Shown piece by piece: positions 12,170-25,850 of a DNA stretch of 64,000 bases. The first letter of the stretch is position 1, and every line of letters starts with the position of its first letter. A program made the translations under genes and the position numbers. A model generated the notes under the pieces. The model was not told where the DNA came from. It saw only the letters and a list, made by a program, of their open reading frames with translations, and did no database searches. The DNA is from Pecten maximus (lineage: Eukaryota). The stretch is from contig NC_047016.1 in the NCBI RefSeq assembly GCF_902652985.1, positions 21,142,001 through 21,206,000 on the forward strand, in the 5' to 3' direction.

Positions 12170-15100
12170 CCAACGGTGAATAACTAACAGATAATGAGTC
12201 TAACAGTGAATGAGTCTAACAGAAAATGAGTCTAACAGTGAGTGGGTCTAACAGAAAATGAGCCTAACAGATAATGAGTCTAACAGTGAATGAGTCTAAC
12301 AGAGAATGAGTCTAACAGTGAATGAGTCTAACAGAAAATGAGTCTAACAGTGAGTGGGTCTAACAGTGAATGAGTCAAACAGTGAATGAGTCAAACAGTG
12401 AATGAGTCTAACAGAAAATGAGTCTAACAGTGAATGAGTCTAACAGAAAATGAGTCTAATAGTGAATGAGTCTAACAGTGAATGAGTCAAACAGTGAATG
12501 AGTCAAACAGTGAATGAGTCAAACAGTGAATGAGTCTAACAGAAAATGAGTCTAACAGTGAATGAGTCTAACAGAAAATGAGTCAAACAGTGAATGAGTC
12601 AAACAGTGAATGAGTCTAACAGAGAATGAGTCTAACAGGGAGTGAGTCTAACAGTGAATGAGTCTAACAGAGAATGAGTCTAACTGTGAGTGAGTCTAAC
12701 AGTGAATGAGTCTAACAGAGAATGAGTCTAACAGTGAATGAGTCTAACAGTGAATGAGTCTAATAGTGAGTGAGTCTAACATTGAATGAGTCTAACAGTG
12801 AATGAGTCTAACAGAAAATGAGTCTAACAGTGAATGAGTCTAACAGTGAATGAGTCTAACAGAAAATGAGTCTAACAGAGAATGAGTCTAACGGTGAATG
12901 AGTCTAACAGTTAGTGAGTCTAACAGAAAATGAGTCTAACAGTGAGTGAGTCTAATAGTGAATGAGTCAAACAGTGAATGAGTCAAACAGTGAATGAGTC
13001 AAACAGTGAATGAGTCTAACAGAAAATGAGTCTAACAGTGAATGAGTCTAACAGAAAATGAGTCTAACAGTGAGTGAGTCTAACAGTGAGTGAGTCTAAC
13101 AGTGAATGAGTCTAACTGGTGCTGAGTCTAACAGTGAGTGAGTCTAACAGTGAATGAGTCAAACAGTGAATGAGTCAAACAGTGAATGAGTCAAACAGTG
13201 AATGAGTCTAACAGTGAATGAGTCAAACAGTGAATGAGTCTAACAGTGAATGAGTCTAACAGATAATGAGTCTAACAGTGAATGAGTCAAACAGTGAATG
13301 AGCCTAACAGTGAATGAGTCTAACAGATAATGAGTCTAACAGTGAATAAGTCTAACAGAAAATGAGTCTAACAGTGAGTGAGTCTAACAGTGAATGAGTC
13401 TAACAGAGAATGAGTCTAACAGTGAATGAGTCTAACAGTGAATGAGTCTAACAGTGAATGAGTCGAACAGTGAATGAGTCAAACAGTGAATGAGTCTAAC
13501 AGAGAATGAGTCTAACAGTGAATGAGTCTAATAGAGAATGAGTCTAACAGTGAATGAGTCTAACAGTGAATGAGTCTAACAGAGAATGAGTCTAACAGAT
13601 AATGAGTCTAATAGAGAATGAGTCTAACAGTGAATGAGTCTAACAGAGAATGAGTCTAACAGTGAATGAGTCAAACAGTGAATGAGTCTAACAGTGAATG
13701 AGTCTAACAGATAATGAGTCTAACAGTGAATGAGTCAAACAGTGAATGAGTCAAACAGTGAATGAGCCTAACAGTGAATGAGTCTAACAGATAATGAGTC
13801 TAACAGTGAATGAGTCTAACAGAAAATGAGTCTAACAGTGAGTGAGTCTAACAGTGAATGAGTCTAACAGAGAATGAGTCTAACAGATAATGAGTCTAAT
13901 AGAGAATGAGTCTAACAGTGAATGAGTCTAACAGTGAGTGAGTCTAACAGTGAATGAGTCAAACAGTGAATGAGTCTAACAGAGAATGAGTCTAACAGTG
14001 AATGAGTCTAACAGAGAATGAGTCTAACAGTGAATGAGTCAAACAGTGAATGAGTCTAACAGTGAATGAGTCTAACAGTGAGTGAGTCTAACGGTGAATG
14101 AGTCTAACAGTGAATGAGTCTAACAGTGAATGAGTTTAACAGTGAATGAGTCTAACAGAGAATGAGTCTAACAGTGAATGAGTCAAACAGTGAATGAGTC
14201 TAACAGTGAATGAGTTTAACAGTGAATGAGTCTAACAGTGAATGAGTCTAACAGTGAATGAGTCTAACAGTGAGTGAGTCTAACGGTGAATGAGTCTAAC
14301 AGTGAATGAGTCTAACAGTGAATGAGTCTAACAGTGAATGAGTCTAACAGAGAATGAGTCTAACAGTGAATGAGTCAAACAGTGAATGAGTCAAACAGAG
14401 AATGAGTCTAACAGTGAATGAGCCTAACAGTGAATGAGTCAAACAGTGAATGAGTCTAAAAGTGAGTGAGTCTAACATTGAATGAGTCTAACAGTGAATG
14501 AGTCTAACAGTGAGTGAGTCTAACAGAGAATGAGTCTAACAGAGAATGAGTCTAACAGAGAATGAGTCAAACAGAGAATGAGTCTAACAGAGAATGAGTC
14601 TAACAGATAATGAGTCTAACAGTGAATGAGTCAAACAGAGAATGAGTCTAACAGTGAATGAGCCTAACAGTGAATGAGTCAAACAGTGAATGAGTCTAAA
14701 AGTGAGTGAGTCTAACATTGAATGAGTCTAACAGAGAATGAGTCTAACAGTGAGTGAGTCTAACAGAGAATGAGTCTAACAGAGAATGAGTCTAACAGAG
14801 AATGAGTCAAACAGAGAATGAGTCTAACAGAGAATGAGTCTAACAGTGAATGAGTCTAACAGAAAATGAGTCTAACAGAGATTGAGTCTAACAGTGAATG
14901 AGTCTAACAGTGAATGAGTCTACCAGAGATTGAGTCTTACAGAGAATGAGTCTAACAGAGAATGAGTCTAACAGTGAATGAGTCTACCAGAGATTGAGTC
15001 TAACAGTGAGTGAGTCTAACAGTGAATGAGTCTAACAGTGAATGAGTCTACCAGAGATTGAGTCTAACAGTGAGTGAGTCAAACAGAGAATGAGTCTAAC

Positions 15101-18100
15101 AGAGAATGAGTCTAACAGTGAATGAGTCTAACAGTGAATGAGTCTAACAGTGAGTGAGTCTAACAGTGAATGAGTCTAAAAGTGAATGTGTCTAAAAGTG
15201 AATGAGTTTAACAGTGAATGAGTCTAATAGTGAATGAGTCTAACAGTGAGTGAGTCTAACAGTGAATGAGTCTAACAGTGAGTGAGTCTAACAGTGAATG
15301 AGTCTAACTGTGACTGAGTCTAACAGTGAATGAGTTTAACAGTGAATGAATCTAACAGAGAATGAGTCTAACAGAGAATGAGTCTAATAGTGAGTGAGTC
15401 TAACGGTGAATGAGTCTAACAGTGAATGTGTCTAACAGTTAACGAGTTTCACAGTGAATGGGTCTAACAGTGAATGAGTCTAACAGAGAATGAGTCTAAC
15501 AGAGAATGAGTCTAACAGAGAATGAGTCTAACAGAGAATGAGTTTCACAGTGAATGAGTCTAACAGAGAATGAGTCTAACTGTGACTGAGTCTAACGGTG
15601 AATGAGTCTAACAGAGAATGAGTCTAACAGTGAATGAGTTTCACAGTGAATGGGTCTAACAGTGAATGAGTCTAACAGTGAATGTGTCTACCAGTGAATG
15701 AGTCTAACAGTGAATGTGTCTACCAGTGAATGAGTCTAACTGTGACTGAGTCTAACGGTGAATGAGTCTAACAGAGAATGAGTCTAACAGTGAATGAGTT
15801 TCACAGTGAATGGGTCTAACAGAGAATGAGTCTAACAGAGAATGAGTTTCACAGTGAGTGAGTCTAACAGTGAGTGAGTCAAACAGAGAATGAGTCTAAC
15901 AGAGAATGAGTTTCACAGTGAGTGAGTCTAACAGTGAGTGAGTCTAACAGTGAGTGAGTCTAACGGTGAATGAGTCTAACAGTTAGTGAGTCTAACAGTG
16001 AATGAGTCTAACAGAGAATGAGTCTAACAGTGAATGAGTCTAACAGTGAATGAGTCTAACAGAAAATGAGTCTAACAGAGAATGAGTTTCACAGTGAATG
16101 GGTCTAACAGTGAGTGGGTCTAACAGTGAGAGGGTCTAACTGTGACTGAGTCTAACAGTGAATGAGTCTAACTGTGACTGAGTCTAACAGTGAATGAGTC
16201 TAACTGTGACTGAGACTAACAGAGAATGAGTTTCACAGTGAGTGGGTCTAACAGTGAGCGGGTCTAACAGTGAGTGAACATAACAGAGAATAGGACTAGT
16301 TAACAGTGAGTGACCCAAACAGTGAGTGACTCTAACTGTGAATCGGTCCAACAACGGATGGGTCTAACATTGAGTGGGTTTAACAGTGAAATAGTCTAAC
16401 ATTAAGTGACCCTTACAGAGAATGAGAATGGTCTAACAGTGAGTGACCTAACAGTGAATGGATCTCACAGTGAATGTGTTTAACAGTGAGCGAGTCTAAC
16501 AGTGAATGGGCCTTAAAGTGAGTGACCCTAACAGTGAGTGACCCTAACAGTGATTGGGTCTTAAAGTGAGTGGGTCTAACAGTGAGTGACCCTAACAGTG
16601 AGTGACCCTGACAGTGAGTGGCTCTAACAGTGAGTGGGTCTAACAGTGAGTGGGTCTAATTGTGAGTGACCCTAATATTGAGTGACTCTAACAGTGAGTG
16701 GCTCTAACAGCGAGTGGGTCTAACAGTGAGTGAGTCTAATGTGAGTGGGTCTAACAGTGAGTGACCCTAACAGTGAGTGACCCTGACAGTGAGTGGCTCT
16801 AACAGTGAGTGGCTCTAACAGTGAGTGACCCTAACAGTGAGTGGCTCTAACAGTGAGTGGGTCTTAAAGTGAGTGGGTCTAACAGTGAGTGACCCTAACA
16901 GTGAGTGGCTCTAACAGTGAGTGACCCTAACAGTGAGTAGCTCTAACAGTGAGTGGGTCTTAAAGTGAGTGGGTCTAACAGTGAGTGACCCTAACAGTGA
17001 GTGACCCTGACAGTGAGTGACCCTGACAGTAAATTGGCCTATTAGTAATTGACCGTATCAGTGAGTAGGTCTAACAGTGAATGGTTCCAACAGTGAATGA
17101 CCCTAACAGTGAGTGGGTCTAACAGTGAGTGCTTCTAATATTTAATAAATATAATAGTGAACGGTACCTACAGTAAATGATTCTAACAGAGAATGCCCCT
17201 AACAGTAAAAGACTCTTAACAGTAAATTACCCCAAGAGTGAATGACACTATCAGTGAATGACTCAAGAAGTGACTGAATATATCAGTGTGTGAGTATAAC
17301 AATGAATGACTCTAACGGTGAGTGGCTCTAATAGTGAATGTCTCTCACAGTGAAGGAATAAAACAATGTGTCAATATAATGTGCGTGACCATTACAATGA
17401 GTGATTCTAGCAGTGAATAGCATTAACAGTGAATGACTTTAGAAATGAATGATTTTAACAGTTAATGAGTCAAGCATTGAATGACTCAATCAGTGAATGA
17501 CTATATCAGTGAATGACTCTATCAGTGAATGACTCTATCAGTGAATGACTCTATCAGTGAATGATTCTATCAGTGAATGACTCTATCAGTGAATGACTCT
17601 ATCAGTGAATCTATCAGTGAATGACTATATCAGTGAATGACTCTATCAGTGAATGATTCTATCAGTGAATGACTCTATCAGTGAATGACTCTATCAGTGA
17701 ATGACTATATCAGTGAATGACTATATCAGTGAATGACTATATCAGTGAATGACTCTATTAGTGAATGACTCTATCGGTGAATGACTATATCAGTGAATGA
17801 CTATATCAGTGAATGACTCTATTAGTGAATGACTCTATTAGTGAATGACTATATCAGTGAATGACTCTATCAGTGAATGACTATATCAGTGAATGACTCT
17901 ATTAGTGAATGACTCTATTAGTGAATGATTCTATCAGTGAATGACTCTATCAGTGAATGACTCTATCAGTGAATGACTATATCAGTGAATGACTATATCA
18001 GTGAATGACTATATCAGTGAATGACTCTATTAGTGAATGACTCTATCAGTGAATGACTATATCAGTGAATGACTATATCAGTGAATGACTCTATTAGTGA

Positions 18101-18890
18101 ATGACTCTATTAGTGAATGACTATATCAGTGAATGACTCTATCAGTGAATGACTATATCAGTGAATGACTATATCAGTGAATGACTCTATTAGTGAATGA
18201 CTCTATTAGTGAATGACTATATCAGTGAATGACTATATCAGTGAATGACTATATCAGTGAATGACTCTATCAGTGAATGATTCTATCAGTGAATGACTCT
18301 ATCAGTGAATGACTATATCAGAGAATGACTCTATCAGTGAATGACTCTATCAGTGAATGACTCTATTAGTGAATGACTATATCAGTGAATGATTCTATCA
18401 GTGAATGAATATATCAGTGAATGACTATATCAGTGAATAACTCTTTCAGTGAATGACTATATCAGTGAATGATTCTATTAGTGAATGAATATATCAGTGA
18501 ATGATTCTATTAGTGAATGACTATATCAGTGAATGATTCTATCAGTGAATGACGCCAGCAGTTAATGCGCTAGCATTGAATGACTCTAGCATTGAATGAC
18601 TCTAGTAGTGAATGATTCTAGCAGTGAATGATTCTATCAGTGAATGATTATAGCAGTAAATTGATTACAGAGCATCACTTTAACAGTGAATGAGTTTGAT
18701 AATAAATGACACAAACAATGAGAAATTCTAACAGTGAATGAGTCTAACAATGAATGGTTATAACAGTGTATGACTATAACAGCGAATGAGTGTAACAGTG
18801 AACGAATCTAGCTGTACGTGACTCTATCAATAACTCGAACAGTGAACGAATCCAATAATGTGTGACTCTAAAAGTGTGTGACTCTAACAG
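12170..18890. repeat. 16-bp composite satellite array with subdomains TGAATGAGTCTAACAG, TGAGTGACCCTAACAG/TGAGTGGGTCTAACAG and TGAATGACTCTATCAG
   Basis: The 16-bp period is kept across about 6.7 kb. Homogeneous blocks at ~12180-16260, ~16480-17130 and ~17490-18550 are separated and flanked by degenerate copies. Confidence 0.96.
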
Positions 18891-20029
18891 CGCGGTTCAT
18901 ATGCCTATAAACCTGAACGGAATGCAGTTTAATGCATTGAGTGATTCGTTACCTTTGATACCATACATTTTGTACGTTGATGTTAATTTTCTGAAAAAAA
19001 TGGTGTTTTAAATTTTCCATTTAAAGAGCGTTACCTTATGAACCTTAGCTAATTTTCACGTTAAATGGATTTATATGATGATTGAAATTAACAAAAGAAA
19101 ACTATCTGTTTTCTGCTTTTGTGGCAATTCTGCAATTTATCGCTCTATTTGAATAATTACACGATCAATGGCTTTTATTCTCAACCAGAAATATTCGCAA
19201 AATTCAGCCAAAATTCGGGTAATATGGATTGATTTTGATGGACAGATATGTAAATAATCATCTCGTTTCTTAGGAAATCTATCACTCAGTTTGAATTGAT
19301 ATGGTCTATATATTTTCATCTGATAACAGTTTAAAGCTTAAATATATCGTATAGGTGTTGTTATATAATATAACTTACCTGTAACAAAATATAGCAATCA
19401 GTAATAAGTTAATTTGATGGACGCAATAAAACGTTGCCTTTATATCCATGTGTACAATAAGGAAACTGATCGTCAGGTAAATATTGTAATGTACATATGA
19501 TTTCGGTCTTAAACAGTTATTTATGCGTGTCTTGTCTTGTCGTACTGAGAACTGCATTGACGAGGGAAGAACGCAGGGACAACGCACCGATAACACAATT
19601 ACAAGTCTGTCCATCTTCGCTACGCCTCTACTGCCTCACTGAAGTCCCCACAATGTGTTGGTTACGTCACCACTACGTCAATGTCGCCCTTACTACGTCC
19701 TTGTTAGGTTCTTACTACATCATGATCCGTGAAGACCATACGGAAGTCACTCTTACACCCCCTTATCCATTGCGTGACGTCACAACTTGTTCAATAAATG
19801 AGAAATTGCATTAACACGAGGGTAGCATTTTGTTTTATCACATAACTCATATTTCTGAGAAAATAAGCGCAAACTTTCAAATAGATGAGAATGCGAAGTT
19901 TTCATTACTTAAACAATCACTTACGTACGTCAGCATGTCATTGAATTATGATAATATATATCAATATATAATATAATAATATAGTTTATGTTACACATAG
20001 TACATATTGTAGCTTGTAATAATACTTTG

Positions 20030-20516
20030 TACTAAAATATTATTATTCTCTTTATAAATATGTCTACTTTCAATGAGACTTTTTAATGCAATATTATTAT
20101 CTATGATACACAGTACAAATATGTTTACTTTCAAAGAGACTTTGTAATGTAATATTATTATCTATGGTATATGCTTATTTGTAATGATACTTTGTAATGT
20201 AATATTATTATCTATGATACGCAGTACAAATATTTTGCTCATTATAATACTTTGTAGAGTAATATTATTATCTATGATACACAGTACAAATATTTTGCTC
20301 ATTATGATACTTTGTAGTGTAATATTATTATCAGTACAAATATTTTGCTCATTATGATACTTTGTAATGTAATGTTATCATCTATGATACACAGTACAAA
20401 TATTTTGCTCATTATGATACTTTGCAGTGTAATATTATTATCTATGATACACAGTACAATATGTTTGCTCATTATGATACTTTGTAAAGTAATATTATCA
20501 TCTATGATACACAGTA
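20030..20516. repeat. 60-bp tandem repeat (TATTTTGCTCATTATGATACTTTGTAGTGTAATATTATTATCTATGATACACAGTACAAA), about 8 copies
   Basis: Unit starts at 20231, 20291, 20341 and 20401 (one copy has a 10-bp deletion) and 20461. More diverged copies lie to the left. Confidence 0.9.
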
Positions 20517-20783
20517 TGTGGGGAAACCAGCAGTGTTTCACAGGCTTGTTTTGTGGCGAGTTTGGCAACCCCCACACAGGCTTTTGTTGTAATTGACTAC
20601 CATTGTCATTTTGAGATGTTTATTTTTAGACGTTTTTTAATGATTGTGTTATGCTATGTTAATTTTGTATTGTTAAATTGTAATATGTTTAAAATTTATA
20701 TTAAATGTCCCCATATGCCATGTATGGTGGCTATTTTCAATCTATACATTCTCTTTGATGTCTTTGACAGGACCGAAGATGCA
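20517..20783. mobile_element. Probable 267-bp insertion interrupting the 60-bp repeat (TG...CA ends, TA on both sides)
   Basis: The repeat stops at ACAGTA|TGTGGGG, and repeat-like sequence resumes after GATGCA|TAAATACGTTTACTTGTAATGATACTT. Family not recognised. Confidence 0.4.
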
Positions 20784-20829
20784 TAAATACGTTTACTTGT
20801 AATGATACTTTTCAATATAATACACATAA

Positions 20830-21209
20830 TAAACTTGATTAAAACGTAATGAGGAGATTATTTAATCAAATTTTGTTTGCAAACTGTATGAATCCGCGTA
20901 GCGGATTCTTACAGAAGTTTGCAAACAAAATTTGTTTCATACCCCGATGAAACTAAAAAATAATTGACATCAACGCTTATAATCAATTTTTGAAAATGAT
21001 TTTCTAATTTAAAAGATGTTTTATGTACAGTTTTACTGGTTTTAAATGGGATTCTTTTTCTCAAATCAATACGCAACGTCAATTGTCGTATTTTGACGTC
21101 ACATTTTTCGCGCCATTCTCGGAATTTCTTTCATAGAAGAATGAAAAGAATTTTTCGACCAATCACATTTGAGTATTTACCATGAAAACAAAGAAAAATT
21201 GATTATAAT
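20830..21209. mobile_element. Non-autonomous DNA element with a long hairpin plus a terminal/internal inverted-repeat pair (Helentron/HINE-like or Crypton-like architecture)
   Basis: Hairpin at 20867-20934 has 19-bp perfect outer arms CAAATTTTGTTTGCAAACT/AGTTTGCAAACAAAATTTG and an inner GAATCCGC-GTA-GCGGATTC. A 15-bp inverted repeat pairs TTATAATCAATTTTT (20977-20991) with AAAAATTGATTATAA (21194-21208). The left boundary is uncertain. Confidence 0.55.
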
Positions 21210-24200
21210 GTGGTATTGATGCCGCCAACAAAATTGGACTTAGGAGTAAATTGATATCAATCATCGAATTAAAACCTCTTCTTATCATATATACTTTTGT
21301 TTTCATGAAATTATTTTGAAAGATAATCCTGTCAAAGTATTTTCATTGTTATGCCTTCATTAATTCTGACATTTACTCACAATATCTCACAAATGGATTT
21401 CTACAACGATGGAGGAACGACACAGTGCAGCTGTTGGTTGGTTTTGCGTATAATCAACAGCATGGCTCATGCTCTAAACATTTTTAACAAAATAATGTTA
21501 TCTCTATTAACAATCAGCAAATAAGTAGGGAAAAGGGTTGTCCTGAATCGCACGTACTATCGTCCTCGCTATCGCTTACTATTAGGAGAGGAATAATTTG
21601 TATTCCACTACTTTTGGAAAATCTCTTGTTTCTGAAGGCAAGTGTCAACTTCACTCCATTACACGTGTTAATAAGGCACAAAGCTGATATCCTGTGTCTG
21701 AATACCTGTAAAATAGCACGGCAAACAGACCTCACAAAACAGTTGACATGTCATAGTATTTGTTCATCTGCCGTAGAACCAGAGCCATTGAGTGTAGTTT
21801 ATAGCTTCGTCCAGGTCGAACTATTCAAGTTTTTTGTTTTGTTTTCCTCTAATCGACCGACAAAACATTTTAAACATAAATAAACAAAAACAGAAGCTTG
21901 AATATCACGGCAATTTATAAAGTGAAATTGGCTCATGTCGACTAAAACATGGAGGTGGACGATAAAGGTACACGTACAATATGTGCTGTCAACTTCACTG
22001 TAAAAATACTGCTGTTCTCTAATATCGTCTGTAATATTTAGACAAAATCTATCCACTTCTGTAGTCATGTTGGAGATATCTGACATTTATCTTCAATTAT
22101 AAATGTATATACATGAGGACTTTAATTAACAAAGGCATCCATTCGAGTTCTGGTAAAGTTGACCGTCCTGTCCGGATTCCGGTATGGATGTATAGACCCA
22201 CATAGATTGTGGGTTTGAACATCGGCGGTATGAATACGTCTCCAGATCCAGCTTCAAGCTTGATTGAGTGCATGTTTGTGACGACAGATCGGGCAAATGA
22301 TGAGATAACTATCATATGACGTGCTGACAACAAAATCTGTCCAGGATGTAGTTATTTGTAAACTGATGAAATATAATTGGAAAAAGATAGGCACCCCAGA
22401 AATAGCAATAATATAAAAGCGAAGGATGATATTCCAAGTACAAAGTCCGTAAACTATTCTTAAAGTGTACCTATATCATAGCCATCTGCCTCACATGTTA
22501 TTCCCTTTTCCAAATTAAAACTTTGTAACTGTACAGAAAACATAATTTGAGCATTTCAATGTAGAGCTCTGATTAAATGTGCCAATAAACATAGGCTTCA
22601 GGTGATGTGTTTGACAGGTACCTACAAGTAGTTGTTCTAAACATCCATGAAAATGCCTCTCTGGTTTGGATAGATATTAGCACGGTTACAAACAGCTTCT
22701 CTGTAACGAAATGGTAAACAGTTGTCGATTTAAACATACTTGGTATAGCGGAGAGATATCACATTTGAGGGAAATTTGAGGGGAAACTTCAAACAGACAG
22801 CTTTGCACAATATTTACAGTATTACTGTATACATAGCCTGCTCCTGGATACTTAGTTTCAAGTCAAGATTTAATAAATTAGGAATATCAACATCGCCCTG
22901 CATTTACTGGATAATTTGCTTTTTTTAATTCGTAATTTAATTCTCCAGCCATAGATAGGAATTTACTGAGCTTTGTTAAGTAGACAAATAGATAGAGTAA
23001 CGATCATAAATAAATAAATAAATACTTTAAAATGTCTTAAAATTTCTAATTTTCTAAATCTCTTTGCATTGCGCTTGGAAGGAAAACGGTGTGTTTAGAA
23101 GTACACTTTGACACATGAACCAGATATTACGAAACTATTCTAAATATCACAGAGAACATGAAATAAAACTCAAGATAATCGGATATGTTTGTACAACTAT
23201 AAAAGCTTGAACACCCTTTTTAATGATTTTTACTGCCAGTAAATTGGTCTATCTTCAAACCGAGGAAGGTTGACAAATGCTGACTTTAAATGTTGGTATA
23301 GCTGTGTGTGGACCACATCTGTATCACTTAGAGATATGATTATCTGACAATAAACCACGTCCTATAATTAAGTATTTATCCGACTAACAATAAACAGCCT
23401 ATAAATGTCAGTGAATTAAAGTCGTCTATTTTGATATGTTTAAATCTGTTTGCTACAATGTGTTAAAACTCTTTATCCATTTATGAAACCATCATTTTTA
23501 ACAGGTATCCCTTCTCACATGACACCTGCTACATACAGTTTTAACATCAATGTTATTATTTTCAGGTATAATGGTTACTGAAGCAAACTGTGCCTCTCGT
23601 CCTGTATTAAAGCCTTTTGCGGAAACTGTATACCTTAATGTCGGTTTCATCCCTAATACGACCAGATATTCCCTTTGTCTGCGGCACGTTTTGTGTAGGC
23701 ATTGTCGTGCATTTGGGGGTAATTGTGAGGGGGTTCACATAGACATCTCAGCACCTTTCTTGTTACGTAGACTACGCAGGGAAGAGTACATCTGTAATGT
23801 GAGTGGGAATTTAAACGTTGAATACTTTAGGATAACATAAATGTGACAATGTTGATATAAGAACATCCCACCCGTCAGATTTTACACATCACCAGAAGTT
23901 ATCCTCCTCGAGGTCTGGACTCGGCTTACACTCCATTATAAGATAGGTTTATGATAGCAGGACAATACCCTGAATTGATTGGTCGCTTCACCGTTTTGAA
24001 TGTGTATCCACTGGGAATAATTAAGACAAATTCTTATTTCTTACACTGTACCTTCTGACGATTTGGTATTTGTATTTTCAACTAACAATATACACAAATT
24101 GCCTGAATATAATACTATCTTCATTTTTGACAAAAATATGCGTGCTTTTAATCTATTTCTATAAATGTTTTCGAGAATTGATATATTAAAAAAGAAATAT

Positions 24201-25399
24201 TTCTCATTCTTTGTATATCAAATATCCCGACAAAAGACGTCCATAACATTATTCTTGTTTTATCATTTTACGACTCTTAATTTTATACGTCTGAATTAAT
24301 GTCTTGATAAGCTCCAAATTATTACTTGAACTGTATACAGCTGTTAAAAACTTAAATCCGATATGCTGTCACTCACGTGAAAACATTCTTCATGATCTAG
24401 TTACTTCATATTAGATATCAACTAATATAACTTTTTTATTATACAAACAAAAAGTATTACATTTCCGAGAAAGTTATTGGCAATAAAATGTGTCATTGTA
24501 AACGAAGCTTGGTTTGAAAAAATGGCCCTGAAATGATGACACGATACGGTGTTCCTAGAGAACATGTCCTTCGATTCACCACGAGGTGAATTTAGATAGC
24601 AAGGAATATGTCTCTTTTCTATCTCTCTCCGACCTGAGGTTCACATACCACTATTAAGTCCTTCTGCTTAGGTTTATTTAATACACAATCTTAATTGTTT
24701 AAAAATGTTAATGAGTTGTCCGGACTACAAGAACGTGTCTGTAGTTTCCCTTATAATGTACACAATGTACATGGTATAAACCAACAGTCATTTTACCGTC
24801 CTGTTTTTACCGTTCCTCTTCGACTTTGGTGGTGTGCCATCGGTGTTGTAGCCGAATTTGAAGTTTGGTTTAAATGCAATTGCAATTTACATCAAATTTA
24901 CTTAATTTGAAATATATGTCATGATCTTGTTTATAAACTAAATATCTTAAAAGGCCTAAATACTTTGCAGATTATACTATTAATCATGAGTAATTTAACT
25001 TCACCAACAAATTAGTACGACGTATTTACTATTTAAACCGAAGTAATTGTGTCCATTCATCACAGCGCCCTGTAGCAATGGGAAACACTTAAAAAGTCGT
25101 TAAAGTGACGAACTGATTACTAGTATGACGTGATATATTGTAATATAAACATTCCTTTGTATTCAATACCGGTACTGACAGGCTAACAATTGATGCTGTC
25201 AAAACACTGTTAACGGTACAGTCAAATAAAGTGTGGGTCAAACTTAATAGTACTTTGGGTTTTTTAATGTAAAATCACACTTAATACGCTGATCATTATA
25301 TAATAGAGAATTTATGAATACAAGCAACTTACCTCAAATATAACACACTGACAGATGTATTAACCTTCCTTTTGTTACCCTGACACCGGGGACAGAGGT

Positions 25400-25850
25400 A
25401 AAACAGAATCAATGATGTCCCTAGTAAGAAAGGCAAAAGAGGAACATAGGAAAAGTAGGAACAAAGACAAACAAGGAATATTGAAAAGGTAGTAACAAAG
25501 ACAAAGACAAAAGGGGAACATACGGTGAACATAGACAAACGGCGAACAAACACAAAAAGACGAACAAACACAAACGGTGGACAAACACGAAAAGACGAAC
25601 AAACACAAACGGTGGACAAAGACAAACGGAGAATAAAGACAGACGGTGGACAAAGACAAACGGCGAACAAACACAAACGGTGAACATGGACAAACGGCGA
25701 AGATGGACAAAACGTGAAAAGATACAACTAACAACACCGAACTTATATAGAAACCATAATTTCCACTGACAATCAAGAAAACGAGGGCAAAATTGAAAAA
25801 ATAATATGGATTTGAAAATCAACAAGAAGAATAAGACCAAACGTTCCGGG
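25400..25850. repeat. A-rich low-complexity block with a degenerate ~17-bp tandem unit (GGACAAAGACAAACGGY) at ~25500-25720
   Basis: Read directly. It produces spurious F/V/C/L-rich minus-strand ORFs. Confidence 0.8.

Noticed and set aside
22255-22475. Minus-strand stop-to-stop frame containing SYDSYLIICP, loosely like the GPCR TM3 DRY-x-x-IC motif
   Set aside because: Only about 70 codons, no start, DSY instead of DRY, and no other GPCR motifs in neighbouring frames. A tBLASTn/HMM hit would be needed to call a pseudogene.
23550-23840. 96-aa ORF preceded by an acceptor-like TTTTCAG
   Set aside because: No recognisable homology, no partner exons, and the length is within chance expectation.
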